From the NCBI GenBank assembly GCA_010093605.1, contig MU004182.1, forward strand, positions 1,645,032 through 1,709,031: a stretch of DNA of 64,000 nucleotides. Reading direction: 5' to 3'. Below are positions 15,985-29,536 of the stretch, piece after piece. This DNA is from Lophium mytilinum (lineage: Eukaryota). The notes beneath the pieces are model-generated. The model ran no database searches, was not told where the DNA came from, and worked only from the letters and a program-made list of their open reading frames with translations. How positions within the stretch are numbered: the stretch's first letter is position 1; every line of letters starts with the position of its first letter. Position numbers and translations under genes: made by a program.

Positions 15985-16797
15985 ATGGCCCAAAGACTCT
16001 ACTGCCTCGTCCTTCTCCTAATCACCCTCACACCCCTAGCCCACTCCCATGGCCGTATCACCTTCATAACTGCTGAGAACGTCACCTACACAGGATGGGA
16101 TCCCGCCCTTGCCCTTCTCAACACGACTCTCCCGAAAATCCCCGCCTGGTCCGCTTCCAACCTTGGAAACATCTACCTCCCACCCTCCGCATTCAACACT
16201 ACAAACATAACATGCCACTACAACGCGCACCCTGGCCAAGCCCACGTCCGCGTCACAGCCGGGCACACCGTATCCCTCCAATGGAACGAATGGCCGACGT
16301 CGCATAAAGGACCCGTGTTGACGTATCTCGCGCCTTGCAACGGCTCATGCACAACGGTCGATAAAACCCAGCTCGAATTCGTGAAGATAGACGAGCAGGG
16401 GTGGCTGAACCGCTCAGATCCTGAGAACGCGGATTTAGGTGGCACATGGGCGAGTGATGTGTTGATTGCGAACAATTTCACGTGGACGGTGATGCTGCCG
16501 GCGGGTCTGAGGGAGGGGAAATATGTGCTGCGGCATGAAATTATTGCGTTGCATGTCGCGAATGAGACGGATGGGGCACAGGCGTATCCGCAGTGTGTGA
16601 ATCTGGATGTTGCAAAGGGAGAGAGTGCAGTGGGTGAGATGCCGGTAGATGGAGAGGCGGTAAGGGCGCCAAAGTTTTATACGCCGGAGGATCCAGGGAT
16701 TGATGTTGATATTCATCGGAATATCAGTGGATATGCGATCCCGGGACCGCAGTTGTGGAGGTATGCGACGCCAATTCGACAAGAAGGGGAGCCATGA
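15985..16797 (+). CDS. AA9 (GH61) lytic polysaccharide monooxygenase, secreted
   Basis: Signal peptide ending AHS then His1 (HGRI), SHKGPVLTYLAPC, YVLRHEIIALH, AQAYPQC copper-site motifs. Confidence 0.95.
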   Translation: MAQRLYCLVLLLITLTPLAHSHGRITFITAENVTYTGWDPALALLNTTLPKIPAWSASNLGNIYLPPSAFNTTNITCHYNAHPGQAHVRVTAGHTVSLQWNEWPTSHKGPVLTYLAPCNGSCTTVDKTQLEFVKIDEQGWLNRSDPENADLGGTWASDVLIANNFTWTVMLPAGLREGKYVLRHEIIALHVANETDGAQAYPQCVNLDVAKGESAVGEMPVDGEAVRAPKFYTPEDPGIDVDIHRNISGYAIPGPQLWRYATPIRQEGEP

Positions 16798-17123
16798 GCC
16801 AGGCTATGCTGGAAATAGAGTGGCAGTTCAACGCCTATTGAGCTGGCCTGGGGAGGTGTCGGGCTTGCTAAAATTGGCGTTTTAACAACATGCCGGAGGA
16901 ACCCAAGTGGTGCGAGGCAAGCGTATATAAGGAGGGAGGACGACTTAAAGCTGCGCTCATATTTTGATATCATAATTTAGGAACAAAGGGATGAAGTAGT
17001 AGGGCGATGAAAAAGTAATCCGGGCCCGTGACGTCGTGCGTAGGCAGCAGTAAGATCGGCAAAAATGAAGTTAGGTGGGCGTGTTCTAAGGGTATATAGT
17101 TCGAAACTTTCGTGGCCTTCCTC

Positions 17124-17257
17124 AAGTTATAGTGGTGCAGTGGTGCTCTGGTGAAGGCGATTCGGTTCACCTATTCCACCTGGGGCTCACTTGCCTACCT
17201 TGCAACGTTCGCGGCTTGGTACTACCACCGGGGTGGATGTAACTTTTGCATTTTTTT
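17124..17257 (+). ncRNA. Candidate RNA polymerase III-transcribed ncRNA (~120 nt), identity unknown
   Basis: TATATA 17093; A-box-like TGGTGCAGTGG 17133; terminal helix AAGTTATA/TGTAACTT; T4 and T7 runs at 17244-17257; B-box-like GAGTTCAAATC at 17266 downstream. Confidence 0.5.
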
Positions 17258-17597
17258 GGTTGCTTGAGTTCAAATCTGCGTGTGGCAACTTCTTTTTCCT
17301 TTTTACATCATGTGATATGGGTTTCCAAAAGTTTAAACGTCAATTTCCATGGAGTGGAAGCTAAGAAGTTATGTCACTAACCGACACGAGAGGGTAACAG
17401 TCACGATGAGTACAGTGCCTAGGTACCGGTCTGCACACACTCCCTCGCCACCGTCCGAGATCCTTCTGTGCACTACTAGATATCCAAATTAGATGTAGAT
17501 TTCTAGAGAGCAGAAAGCAGATTTTATCGAAGCGATTCTAGTTAGGCTATCCTGTCGCCGCTCGGGGTGGTTTAACGTATTATCAGAAATCCGACAT

Positions 17598-19812
17598 TTA
17601 CGAACGGCTTTCCTCGTCTCCATCATGACGCTCGCCAGCTTCCCACACGCATCGCTCACAACGACAGTCGCCGCCGAGAGCACCAGCAGCCCACTCTCGC
17701 CTTTCCTTTACCGGCAGTCGAATATCACAGTAATGACTGAGTAGTTCTTCGCCCTTCTTGATACCAGTAACCGTTCGTGCTTCTTTTCCCTTCCAAGCCA
17801 CCCGCTTCTCTTTCGTCCAGAACTTTATGCTACCTTCCCACTCCCAAGCAACGTTCGGATCGCAGCTGTGGTTAGCGAGACACCACATAGGGTGAACGGC
17901 ACCAGTCTCGGGCTTTCCATCTAGACCCTGTCGAGCAGAGGCCGTCCCTCGGAACTTTGCATACAGGGTGTTGAATACCCATGGGTCGTAACGCGGACTC
18001 TGAGTGAATATGTTGACGTCCATCTTTTCTAATAAGTGAAGTGGCGTCTGTATATTCATTTCAAATGAAAATGGGAGAGTTTTAGGAATACCTCCAAAAC
18101 TGCCGCATGGTTCTTCGTCTTTGCCAGTCTGGTATAGTCGGTCAAGCGGTAGTCCGTGGTAGTCTCCCCATATGTACTTGATCTCCTTGACTTCCAGGGG
18201 ATGTATATCTTGAGTCTCCGCCATGGAGAGGACACGTAGGAGGAGCAGGGAATAAAGAAAATCCGCCGCTTCGGTAGCAGGAACAGTCTTGGAGATAATG
18301 TCCACGACGGCGCCACATACTGCGGGATGGTAGGACTCTTGGGCCAGATCGTGACACTCCTGGCTGCAAAAGAATACGTCGTCGCATTCCTCGCAGCAGA
18401 TTGACTGCTCGGGGCTCGAATTTTCGTCCAGATCCAGCGCAGTGGTCGTGATCTTTGGTAACTTGATGCTACAAGCGTCACAAAAAAAATCATGTAGCCG
18501 CGTGATCCCGGTCACCATAGACTTTTCATTAAGAATTATCTCACCGGGAGAGATGTCTTCTTTGGCAAAGATGCCAAGCTGCTGATCAAACTCCGTCGAA
18601 GCATCTGAATATTGTTCCCTAATCACAATACTAAGCTTACATTTTTGGGGTACTTATGGGGCTGTTATACCGGTCGATTAGTGGACTCTTCTAATAATGA
18701 CTTCACTTACCCTATGAGTGATGTTTTTGGAATAGAGAGAACAGGGAGTTTCACTGCGAGAACTTCTAACTTCGGGGCGACCTTGGTCATCTCATGATTT
18801 AGGAAATCTATGCTGGTGGAGGAGTATCGATCGGGCTCGTGATCGTTCCATGGGTAAAGCTCTCGACGCACAAGTCCGCGATCCGGGTAGTCCTCTTTGC
18901 CGAACCCGTCCGCGTCTATATCTTTAGAACGCAAGTATGAAGATACTTCTAAAGCAAGTTTATCCCGAAGAACTAAAATCTTTTCGTCGTCTGGGAACGA
19001 CTTCAGAGCCATCGAACTGTAGGTGGAAGCGCTCTTTAGACAGCCACAAAGCATCAAGCATTCGACCAGGAGAGGATATCTACATTTACTTAGCTAACTT
19101 TCCGGGTTCTGTTTAGGAGCGGCGATTAATCAACTAGCTGGCTAAAGTTGCAATTTCCCTTACGGTGTCCTGGGTCATCTGGAATGGTTGAGATATCGCC
19201 TCGAAGAGACTAGACTGGAACAGCAGTAGAAGAAAATTTCTCTTACGAAGCTCTAGACCAATACTTTCTCGCCCATATCACGACGTCTTCATCAGTGACT
19301 TTGGGATCATCTGCTGGTTGCAATGCCTGGAAACCAGACAGGTCGTGCTTGTGGTCATTGACGTAGCCTGAATCCGGAGATATACCATTTTTGATTAAGC
19401 TCTTGATGCTCGAGCATGCGGCTTCTAATGCCTCTTCATGGTACTCGCCACCTTCTTCTAACACTTCGTCTATAAGAAGCAGGGCTTTGTAAGTTTCGCC
19501 AACAGCAAGATCAGGATATCCAAGACGCTTATATGCTCGTGCTAGTCGAATGCGAACATCCACGTCGTACGGAGCTTCAAGAAGGCATCGTTGAAGCTCT
19601 CTTATGTCTGTCAGTGCTCGACGATAGGCAGCGCGGGGCGTTTGTCCGTTCGCTCCCTGCTTCCAGATCAGGGCAGGGACTCCAAGAGGAAGATTGTCAC
19701 CGACCGTATCCTGCCTAGCGGCTGATGGCTGAATTGTAGGCCCGTCTTTATCTGTGTCCAGAAAATTTGCCTCATCTACTTGCTTTGCCAGCTGGTCGAT
19801 ATGCCTGTCCAT
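17598..19812 (-). CDS. SET-domain lysine methyltransferase with MYND-like Cys motif (SMYD/SET6-like); start codon uncertain
   Basis: LGIFAKEDISPGEIIL, CDAC...CEEC...FCSQECH, CLANHSCDPNV, GEELLSHY, post-SET CRCERC; helical N-terminal exons. Confidence 0.85.
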
Positions 19813-20011
19813 GCTGGGGTTGTATGCAGGAGAGAAGGTGTCGAAAAGTTCAAAATCTCGAAGGCGGGAAAATTTCCGCGGCACTTCGGGAGACCCCTGC
19901 GCCGATCCATCTCGACATCATCGTCGCCATCATTCGCCGACTCTCCCCCATCTCTCACCCCATATCTCTCGACCCCGAGGTCCTTTAAATTCAGTCGCCA
20001 CCTGTACCAGC

Positions 20012-21553
20012 ATGTCTATTTCTGCGGCCACCCTCGTTGCTCGCTATCTCCGAGCCAATGATTATAGTGGTGTAGGCAGCCTCCGATAGGCCCTCAACAT
20101 TCACTGACAGAAGCGGTTGCATACAGACACTGGCAGCGTTCCTGAATGAGGCGGGACTTCCACTGGATACTGGCGCGAACGCTACCGACGGCCTGACGAT
20201 CGAGAAGATCCTCGAGGAGAAGAAGACATATGACCTGAGCGTCAACTTCGAGAAGCTTGGTGTTGGAGACGAGGAGACGGGATGGCGAAAACCTTGTGAG
20301 ATCCTCCACCTATATCTAGGGCCGTCTAGGAAGGAGACACATGGCTCTAATACTCAGCAGCCCCATCCACACCAACTGTAGTCACCACCCTCCCGTCCAA
20401 TTCGAATATCCTACACGCGACCGTGCACCAACTCGCTCTTCCCGAAGCCTCTTCCCCTACCTCTTTCCTCCTGTCCAGCACTGCAGATCGACGATTGAAC
20501 GTGATAGGGCCAGACTTTGAGTCTTTTGATGTGCTCCGATCCTACACACACCTGCAGGATGCCCCCATACTTGATTGCGTTGTTCTAGACGCTCATCACA
20601 TCTTAATCTCAAGCATGTCCGGACGAATCAAGCTGTTCGACCTTAATTCCGAGGCTGTGCTGGACGAGCGGCGAGACCACACCAAGTATGTCGTCCGACT
20701 AGCTAGCTGGCAGCGTGCTGGCGAGACCTATGTAGCCAGTGCTGGCTGGGACACAAAGGTCTTCGTGTACCACATGGGTGTTGGAGAAAATCGAGATCTC
20801 AAGATCGGAGAGCCCATTGCGACCCTAGAACTACCCAGCAACCCAGAAGCACTTCTTTTCGTTGAGCATCCCGAGTCATCTAGGCCCCTGCTGCTTCTCT
20901 CCAGACGAGACTCAACGTTTCTCTATTACTACGCAGTACCTAGGCCCGAGGACCGTTCTCGCGAGCTAGTTCTAATTGGCAAGCAAAACCTCGCACCGCA
21001 TTCAAACGCTTGGCTGGCGTTCACGCCTGCGGCACTTGCAATCTGCCCTACAGACACCTCGATTCTGGCGGTTTCTACCTCGGCTGTCCCTCACATGAAG
21101 CTCATTATCGTCAGGCTTCTTCTACCTCCATATGTTGACCCGTCTGGTGTGAGTGGAGAGCGTTCCCCAGAGTCTAGCCTGGGTCTGCAGGAAGCGCATA
21201 CGACGCAAGCTGCTCAAGCCCGAGCTGCTTTGGTTGTACAAGACCGTGAAGAAGCTGCAATCCTAGTCCAAAGCAACACGTTAGCACCCCAGACTCAGTA
21301 CTCAACCCCAGCGCTCGCGTGGCGACCAGATGGAAGTGGCGTGTGGGTGAATAGTGATGACGGCGTCATCCGCGGCATTGAGGTATCAACAGGAAAGATC
21401 ATCGTTACCTTAGAAGGCCACCAAGCCGGCTCGAAGATACGTTGCCTATGGGCGGGGAGACTTCGCCGCCCAGGCGCTGACGGCCAGGAGAAGGAGGAGG
21501 AATGGGTTGTCAGCGGCGGATTCGACCGGAAACTCATAGTTTGGAAGCCGTAG
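20012..21553 (+). CDS. LisH-containing WD40-repeat protein, 2 introns
   Basis: N-terminal LVARYLRANDYS|..TLAAFLNEAG LisH-like motif; WD repeats ASAGWDTKVFVY and VSGGFDRKLIVWK; divergent from the SET gene about 200 bp away. Confidence 0.85.
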
Positions 21554-22919
21554 ACCATGTCAAGACCCCGGGTCTCACAGCCATGCCCAGGCAGGGTTCA
21601 AGGTGTACTACTGTGGCACGGAATCCGCTTTCCACGAGAGACTTGACCCAAGCCTCTGGAAGAGTGTTACGCTCACGTGACCTGAAGCCGACTAGTTGCA
21701 GTATCAGCGGTGTCCGCTATCTGACTATGACAACAGCTGATGTAGGGTCGGCAGCTTGACCGCTTGGTCAAGCGTAGCAGCGTAATCGGATATGGTCCTC
21801 TTGCATATTTTACCTGCGCGTTCACTCCACTCTCTTGGTGCAAGCAATGGTCCTGTTGCAGGTGGTCTGGTATCGCGCTTCGACCTCATTCGTTGGATCT
21901 TAGGTGGCTTCCGTTCATGTCTCAGTTCTCGGCGACAGATTAGGCCTTCGACACGCAGTACTTCAGTTACCAAATCTGTCGCTGAAATCCATGCCGAACA
22001 TGCCGCTTCATTACGGTCGCCTAACTCCGAATTAGAAGCAGTTCTGGTGATAGCCTTTGGTTCCACTTGTGGAAAGCCGCATGTTAATACCATCATCTGT
22101 GGAAGATCTTCCCTGTTTTACCGAGGAGGCTTTTTCTGGGACTCTCATTCCTAAAACGTACATAGAGAAGAGGGCACGGAAGATGAGGTGGTTGAAAATG
22201 GCCTTGGTTCCGTCAGTATGGTAAGGGTGCTGTGGTTGCATGGGTGGCTTTTTGCACTCCTACCCCGGACTTGGAAGACCTTGCACTGTGGCGTGCGCTA
22301 TAAATCCTATCTTGCTGCGCGCAAGACTATGGCAAGTCAGATGTCCATACCAAAGCAAACATAGCGGCGCGGCTAGTTGATCACCTCCTTGTCTCCACCT
22401 TTTCCGATCTAGACTTGCTCGGTGCACCTGAGATTGGTTCTTGGCAGCAATGCCTAGTACATCTCGCTTGGGCCAGGACAGTTTTATCACAAATGTGCAA
22501 GTCGAACGATGCTTTGATGGGCAGGTCAGGCGCGTGGTTAGCTGCCTGCGCGTCCGGCATGGCGGCATGCAAGCCTATTCGGATAGAGACCGCTGTCGTA
22601 GCCACAATAACTTTGCGATATGGAGTGAGCTGGTCACTGCTCTCCCTAGCTGGGCTGAGTGCATCCCTGGTCAGGTATATAAGTACCGCCATCCATCGCG
22701 ATGCTTGTTCACTGTCGAGTATACTTTTCAAGTCCTGATTTCTCTTCTCTGGGAGCCATTTAGATCATCTTCCTCTCTTTGTTGGCGGCTTATTCCTATC
22801 GGCACACTTTGTCTCAGGGCTCACGGACGATTTTACTCGTACCTTTACATCCACAGCATACTACTCGTGGGCTATATCCCTGACTACCTCGCATAGCATC
22901 GTCATCGATCTATATCAAT

Positions 22920-24041
22920 ATGCCTCGATCCGGATCGCAGTCACAGTCTAGAGGTTCTGAGAATGAGGAGCATTTCATCTGGGTGTCAGGAGTAAGGTTG
23001 ATTACCTCCACAAACTCGGCTTTACTGACTGATGTTCTAGCTTCCACCCAATTGGACATGGCAGCACTTGAAAGACTATGTCCGCGGCTCGATCGTTAAC
23101 CAGCCTAGGTGGACCGAAGTCATTGAAGCACGACCCGGACTGCGTGAAGGTTACTTCAGAGTGGTCGGAAGAAAAGATGCCGACCTAGCCTACAGCAAGT
23201 CACTAGTAGCTTTCAAACCCGTTTCTTCAGCTAACAATCAATATAGATCGATTTGCAGACCCAGGCGTCAATGCCAACATAATGCTGGTACACGAGTGGG
23301 AACTCTCTCGAGATGGTGCCCAGCCGAAGCTGGTCCGTTGCAATTGCTCATCCCGGCACCGTGGCATAGAGCCAGGCTCGCATAGCCCCCGACGAAGCGG
23401 CATCGACCTGAACGTCATTACTCGGACCATGATGAGCACAACGGCCATGAATATTCCCGTTACTGCTGCCCCCATGGCAGTCTCATACGGATACCCCGCA
23501 GCGCATGCTGGATACTACGCGACGTATACCACGCAAACAGCCCAGTACGGCTATGCGGCTCCCACTGCGCCAGTCGCTGCAGTACCACGACGCGCTCTCA
23601 TGGCCCAGACGCCAGCATACTCGATCACATCCAACGGTCTCCCTGTCAACATCAGCAATGGGGTAGTCCGCACCGAATCTCGAGGCATCTTCATCACTGG
23701 CTTGAGCTATTCTTGTTCCGAAGCGGAGTTGCGAGCGCTTTTGGAGAGCTACGGCTCGATGCCCTTAAGCTGTGTCCTGTCGCGGGACCAGACAACTGGC
23801 AAGTCCAAAGGCTGTGCGACGGCGCAGTTCGCGAGCGCAGCAGAGGCTCAAGTTGCGGTCAAGAAACTAGACAGAGTCCAGCACATGGGCAAGACTCTTG
23901 CGGTACGGCACGACAAGGACGCGACGTCAGTGGGCCAGCCGCAGGGGCCCGTAATCGCCAATGGATCGACGGGGTACAGAGTAAGTGCAGCATGGCGCCA
24001 TCCAACAGGCAGAGCGCGGCACTGACGGAACACAGTCGTAG
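22920..24041 (+). CDS. RRM-domain RNA-binding protein (degenerate N-terminal RRM-like segment plus C-terminal RRM), 3 introns including a probable GC-AG intron
   Basis: IWVSG|LPPNWTWQHLKDYVR, then GIFITGLSYS (RNP2) and KSKGCATAQF (RNP1). Introns 22992-23040, 23195-23246 (GC donor) and 23981-24035 keep the frame. Confidence 0.8.
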
Positions 24042-27000
24042 ATGGGCGGCGGCACTGGCGGCATCTGGCATGGGGGGCTTTGTTAGCGAGGGAGCGTGGA
24101 GACGCGTGGAATGGGATTGACGTCTGCAGGTGTCCGAGGGCGCGCGCTGGCAGTCCCTTGGTCGTGCCAGGTACTCCCGCAGCCGCCAGAGATTAGCGGC
24201 AGGCTCTTGCAGACAGTTCGCCGCCCGGCATGCCGGATCCAGCTGTTCGGGATGCCGTTCTCGAGAAGATGAAGTATTTCGTTTGGTCTACAATAATGTC
24301 CTCGCCGTGTTTCGAATTTCTATCTCTGTGCCACTTTACTCCGGGCAAAAGCTGCCTTGTGACGCGAGAAATAAGGGCCAACGCGGTCGATGGCCATGAT
24401 GGTGTCCAGAAACGTGCTTTTGCGACAAGGGTCTTTCCCTGCAGAACATCTGCTTTTGCTCCACCCTCGATGCAGCTCAATCGCGGCGGTCCAACGGCTG
24501 CTCGCGCCTGTGGACAAGACTCGTCGGGAAGGCCAGCCTCGCAGGCGCCTCTACACCACCAACCCGAAAAGGCTTCTCGCGGAAGCATCCCATTGACTGG
24601 CCTCCTTTACTCCCAAGCAGGCTGCTCCAATAGACAGTATGCCATCACGCTCTTTTGCGGGCTGTTTCAGCCATCTTCTCCCAGCCAGCCGGTCCGCCCG
24701 CTTGCTTTCCCTACGTCGCTTGGCCCTGTTGACAGCATCGTTGGATGATGTTAAGCCGCACTGTCGTCAGGCTGCCCAGGCCTGTGTGCCCGCCGACTCC
24801 CCCGCAGCGATCATTGCAGAGTACCGGCCGCGGGGAGACGAGACTCGACGAATTCTCCTCAGGCACACAGCACGGGTAGTACGTGCATAACAGCAACATC
24901 AGTCGCAGTCTGGCGTCGCCGCCTTGTCCCCACGTATCCGCATCTACTAGAGCCCTCGAGACAGCGCTACCGGCACATTTCCCCCTTCCGAACAGCTTCC
25001 TATTGGACGCTGCAACTGTCACTTCTTTCGGGCGACAGTGAGCGGGACCCGATGCACTGGTCGCTGCTAGTACGCTATTGGAGGGCTACTAACGTTTCTG
25101 CTCCCTCTCAGTGGCCGTCAGAGATGACTCGCAGCCGCCACCAGATCAAACGTTCGGACATCCTCGGTGCATCTACACTGGGATCACCCCGCAATTCAAT
25201 CTAAGATCTGAGAGGCCAGCTATACGAGCGTGGCTGCGCCAAAGCCTCCTTACTGGACCCATGCACCGCATCCCGTCTCGGCATGCCGGCCTATCAGAAC
25301 CCGAAATATCTCACCACATCGACTTGTTGCCGTTTCCCCATCATATACTCCAAGCTTCCACTCGAGGGGCCGGACCCTGCCCACGGCGACCCCCATCTCC
25401 TGCAGCTAACACGCGCTTTCTGCAGATCGCTAGCAGAGTACACACCCACGCGCCCCTTCCAGAAGGTGGCTTCATGGCCACGATGAATTGGCTCTTTTCC
25501 GGACTGACAGGTCGCTCAGCGGATCACGGAAGATTCAGGGTGAGCAAATAGATCGGAACTCCGAGATCCACCGTATCAGCCATACTACTCTAAGTAACCG
25601 GCCGGAGGCGCCCAGGTCAACGCCAATTTCTCTGCATTATGTCTCCGGCACACGCTACTTGCGCTTACATGCTCAAGCCCTTGCTGGAGCACTCAGACGG
25701 AACGGAGTCTCCTCTATCCGTTCACCGCTGACATCCCGCGTTGGTCTCTGCGGTACTTCCACCGTCCAATCACCATGTGCTTGCTGTTAAGCTCGTGTTG
25801 GACAGCTTCGAAAGAGCATTCCCCGCGTTCTTCCCCCTGCTGGATCTGGAAGCAGAAGCAATACTTATTTGTATGACGCCACTATACATCGGGGCAAAAG
25901 CTGGCTATCTAAGCTGTGCTGCCTCGCTGTCAAACCACACCCAGTCCTGTGGGGAGCATATGAACAACAAGCGAGTTCAAGGTCGTGTAACTTGCCACGA
26001 ACCCCACTCCGTGCCGATACCACCAGTGTGCCGAAGCCTTTGCCGATGTGTGAAGGACCATTGGCCTACTGTGCCGTGTCTCTTTTGTACCCTATGTTTC
26101 AGCCGGCCGAGAGTCGCCAGACTCTAAAAGCGTAGACCCGGCGTAGCGTCACTGCGTCGAATGTTGTAAGCAACGGTCCGTGCATGGTACGGAAGCTTCG
26201 CTAAGGCCAAAACTCTCTATCGAATATCCTGCTCTACTTTGTCGTAACCTTTTGCTACTGGGTACTCGTAGTACGTTGAGGGTCTAGCAAAGACGACGTT
26301 TCGCCTCGGCATCAAGACCACTGAAACCATCTGGCCTCGGCACAATCTCATATTATAACAGGGAGAGTACTCAAGAGAACCTTTCAAGAAGCCCTCAGAA
26401 CCTGCCAAGTCTCTTTCTACTCCTGGCCGCCGCCAAATGTACATATGTCTTCCATGCTCAAAGACCAACCAAAGCTCCTTCTTTTTCTCAACGTCACCAC
26501 TCGGGACCCCTTTTCCTATTCTAGCCTCTTCATCCCTTTGTTTGCTATCTCAAAGCCCTCTTCTCGGATTTTACGCCCATCTCGTCATCATCAGCTGTCA
26601 GATCTCTACGCTCCCGACGCGACCGTCAGCCAACTCTTTGCCTCAGCCAGCCTCCCCGCCCGCCACGCGGGACACGAAGTCAACGACATGCACCTCGGGC
26701 AGCGGGACAGCGGGGAATCGGTTCCACCGCCAAACACTGGACGTTCGTCTACATAGCCCGCTATGCTGCACGCCATGGGCGGCTCAAGAACGCACGTCTG
26801 GACGCGTTAGGGCATCCTTTCCACGGATCTGCAAGAGGGGAATGCACGAGATTTTACGCACGCGATGAGACGGATAGGGGTGCCTGCAAGGTCGATCCCC
26901 TGCGACGATGGTCCCATTCCTGCGTCGATGAGCTGGCTCTTGCTCGCAGAGCTGCAAATTTGGTTCGGTGCGTGGACAGGAAGCTACCGCATCGAAAACT

Positions 27001-29536
27001 GCTTTGGGAGCGGGGCTTAGAGCTGACGAAGAACGAGGTTTAGCGATTTTGGCTGGGGAGGTTGATCTGGAGCTGATGCCGAATCGATCGCAGGATCAAC
27101 ACGATCGTTTCTGCATGCCGCCTTGCACCTGGCCAGTAGCCGTTTACTCGGGCCATTGTTGGGAAGCGAGCGGGCTGGCGGCTGCTGCCCAGCCAGCGGT
27201 TCGAACGTTGCCGACGGCAGCGCTCTCCTCCTCGAGCTTGACGCGTCGGCATCTAGCCCTGAGCACTCACCAGTAACGCTCGAGCATCAGTGCCAATCGT
27301 ACTACTCTGGGAGAGATATTAGGACTCGTCACAGCCCAATGACGGACAGCATCCACCCCAACTCTCGCCCTGCCTTGTTTTGGTAACTCTCGTCATGCGC
27401 GCGCTGCTCGCCCTTGCCCTACCCTGCTATCGGCATTCCCTTGTCTTATTTTTGGCATCGGATTTCCCACGAATCTGATGGAGATCAGCCATGAACAATA
27501 CGGCACAGTCGCCAGCTTCTCTGTGCTCAGTCGCGCGCGAAAAGGATGTGCCAATGCGCCGCCGGCTTACCTGGCCACGCCGCACGCACGTACGCCAGCC
27601 GCTGGATCCATCCTTCATCCTTGCGACGAGGCACAGGTCGCACAGAGATAGCACGACGTCGGCTGCCGGCAGCCTTCAAGGGTGAGTGTTGGGGTAAAAC
27701 CCGGTAGGGTGGAAGGTTTGCTAGGGAGGGCCTGGAAATTGGCACGCGGGGGGCCGGGGTTGGTCAGCTCTCCTAATCTGACAACCATCGGCAGGTAGGG
27801 AATAGGTTTAAGAGAGGGCAAGCGTGGGATTGGTGTGGAGGGGTGGTAGGCTATCTGCTTCTGGTGGTTTGCTATTGGCAACTGAATCGGGTTCTCCGGA
27901 CGCGAGGAGACTCGGGATGTATGTAGGGGATGCACAGGGCTCAGAACGGCAGGCCTCCCTGCGCGCGCCTTCAAATATGTGAGTCGAATCTCTTATCCTA
28001 CTCTGAGCTTGTCATTGTGTTTCGCTCTAACGGCGCCTTACACCCCATCTTCATCACCTGCGATCTGATCAGTTGGACGTTCCACAATCGTCAGATTTTT
28101 CCCTATTGAAGCGTGTGAGCTTTATGCCTTACTGTCGACCTACGTCGTACTTGCGTTTAAGCTTCGCCGTTACCCCTCCCTAGGTATGTGTCTATCCACT
28201 AGCTCCCGCATTCGGACCGTCTTCTTTCGGACCGTCTTCTGCGCCCGCCTCACACCGCATTACTAGATGAGCACGTGATTGCCTCGAGACGGGGTACTCG
28301 ACGTCACTGTCAGTACATCCATTCTATATAATTTCTGGCGGAAGCGTCGCGTAGACGACGGTCCAGTGAGGAATTCAAAAATCTCTCTGTCCGGAGATAT
28401 GCATCTGTAAATCCCAGATTCGCGCGCGGAGCAGTTATACCAAACGTAGCGATGTGCCGCTTATGCGCTTCCTAAACATCTTGCGAATTGGAGTCAAGCC
28501 GTGTGGAGGCAGCATGCATGCTGGTGAGTGTCAGGGTAGAATGAACGCAGGTGGTCGTTGGTATTCGGATGTGGTCTTGAGTAGCCACCCGCTATAACAC
28601 CTGCGAACACACCACTTCTAATCTACGGAGCAAGGTGGTAACTTGAGTTTTGCAAGATGTTTGGAAGTGACATTGTAGTCGTGGCTTCCTTATGCCAGAA
28701 TGTAAGCCGATGTTAGTATTCGTGCCAGTGACTTCAGAAGCAGTGGACTGTAGCGAGCATGCGTCCGAGCTCAATACACGTAACACCCGGAAGGCGATTT
28801 CCCTTTTCGTCACCGTGAGCTGCTGTAAAACCTTCCTGCTCATTTGCTCCCCGAATGTCCCGTCTAGAGTTTTCCACTCCAGTTTGACCATGCGCCCCTA
28901 CCCCGGTGTGGTTATCTCGGCAAAATGACTTGGCGAAACAATATGAGTATCCTTTCTCTGGCTCCGCTTTATATCAAATTGCTATTTAAGGGTCTCCGCG
29001 TTTTCTTCCGCCGCTATTGAAAACATACCAACTCATGTCAGATAGTGCTGAGCTAGAAAGCGATCTGTCATTTCTCGCAGTTCGTGGCTTTACAGCTGCC
29101 TCAATTTGCGCCACCTAAATGTATGCCATAGTAGCGTCGGCATATGTTCAACGCTCTCGTAACCTCTATGGTCAATCGTTTAGGCACGGCCTCAATCCAA
29201 TTTGCCTCTGAACTCTGATACCTGGCCAAAAATAGTAAAGATGCTTATGACGAACATTGCACCAGCGCTGGCACTCTCGAGAGTATAGATACAAACAGGA
29301 TGAGTGTGATAGAAGCTATCATGGTTTCAGATGCCTAGAGAAGGTTTTTGCGACAGCTCCACCCTTACGTGTCGTTGAAACAACCTTCCATGGCTCGCTT
29401 CATTCGCTTCACATCTTAGGCAGGCGCGGCCAGGGTGACATGACCTCACTTCTATCCTCCACCCATCAACCTCTAAACGCACATCATCCCTTAGATCCCT
29501 CCAGAAAAACACTACAAGTCTCATAAATGTCGTATC

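Noticed and set aside
28212..28239. 13-nt direct repeat TCGGACCGTCTTC x2
   Set aside because: Isolated microduplication with no associated element ends.
25600..29500. Short ORFs in the long intergenic stretch
   Set aside because: No recognisable domains, codon bias or consistent splice structure.
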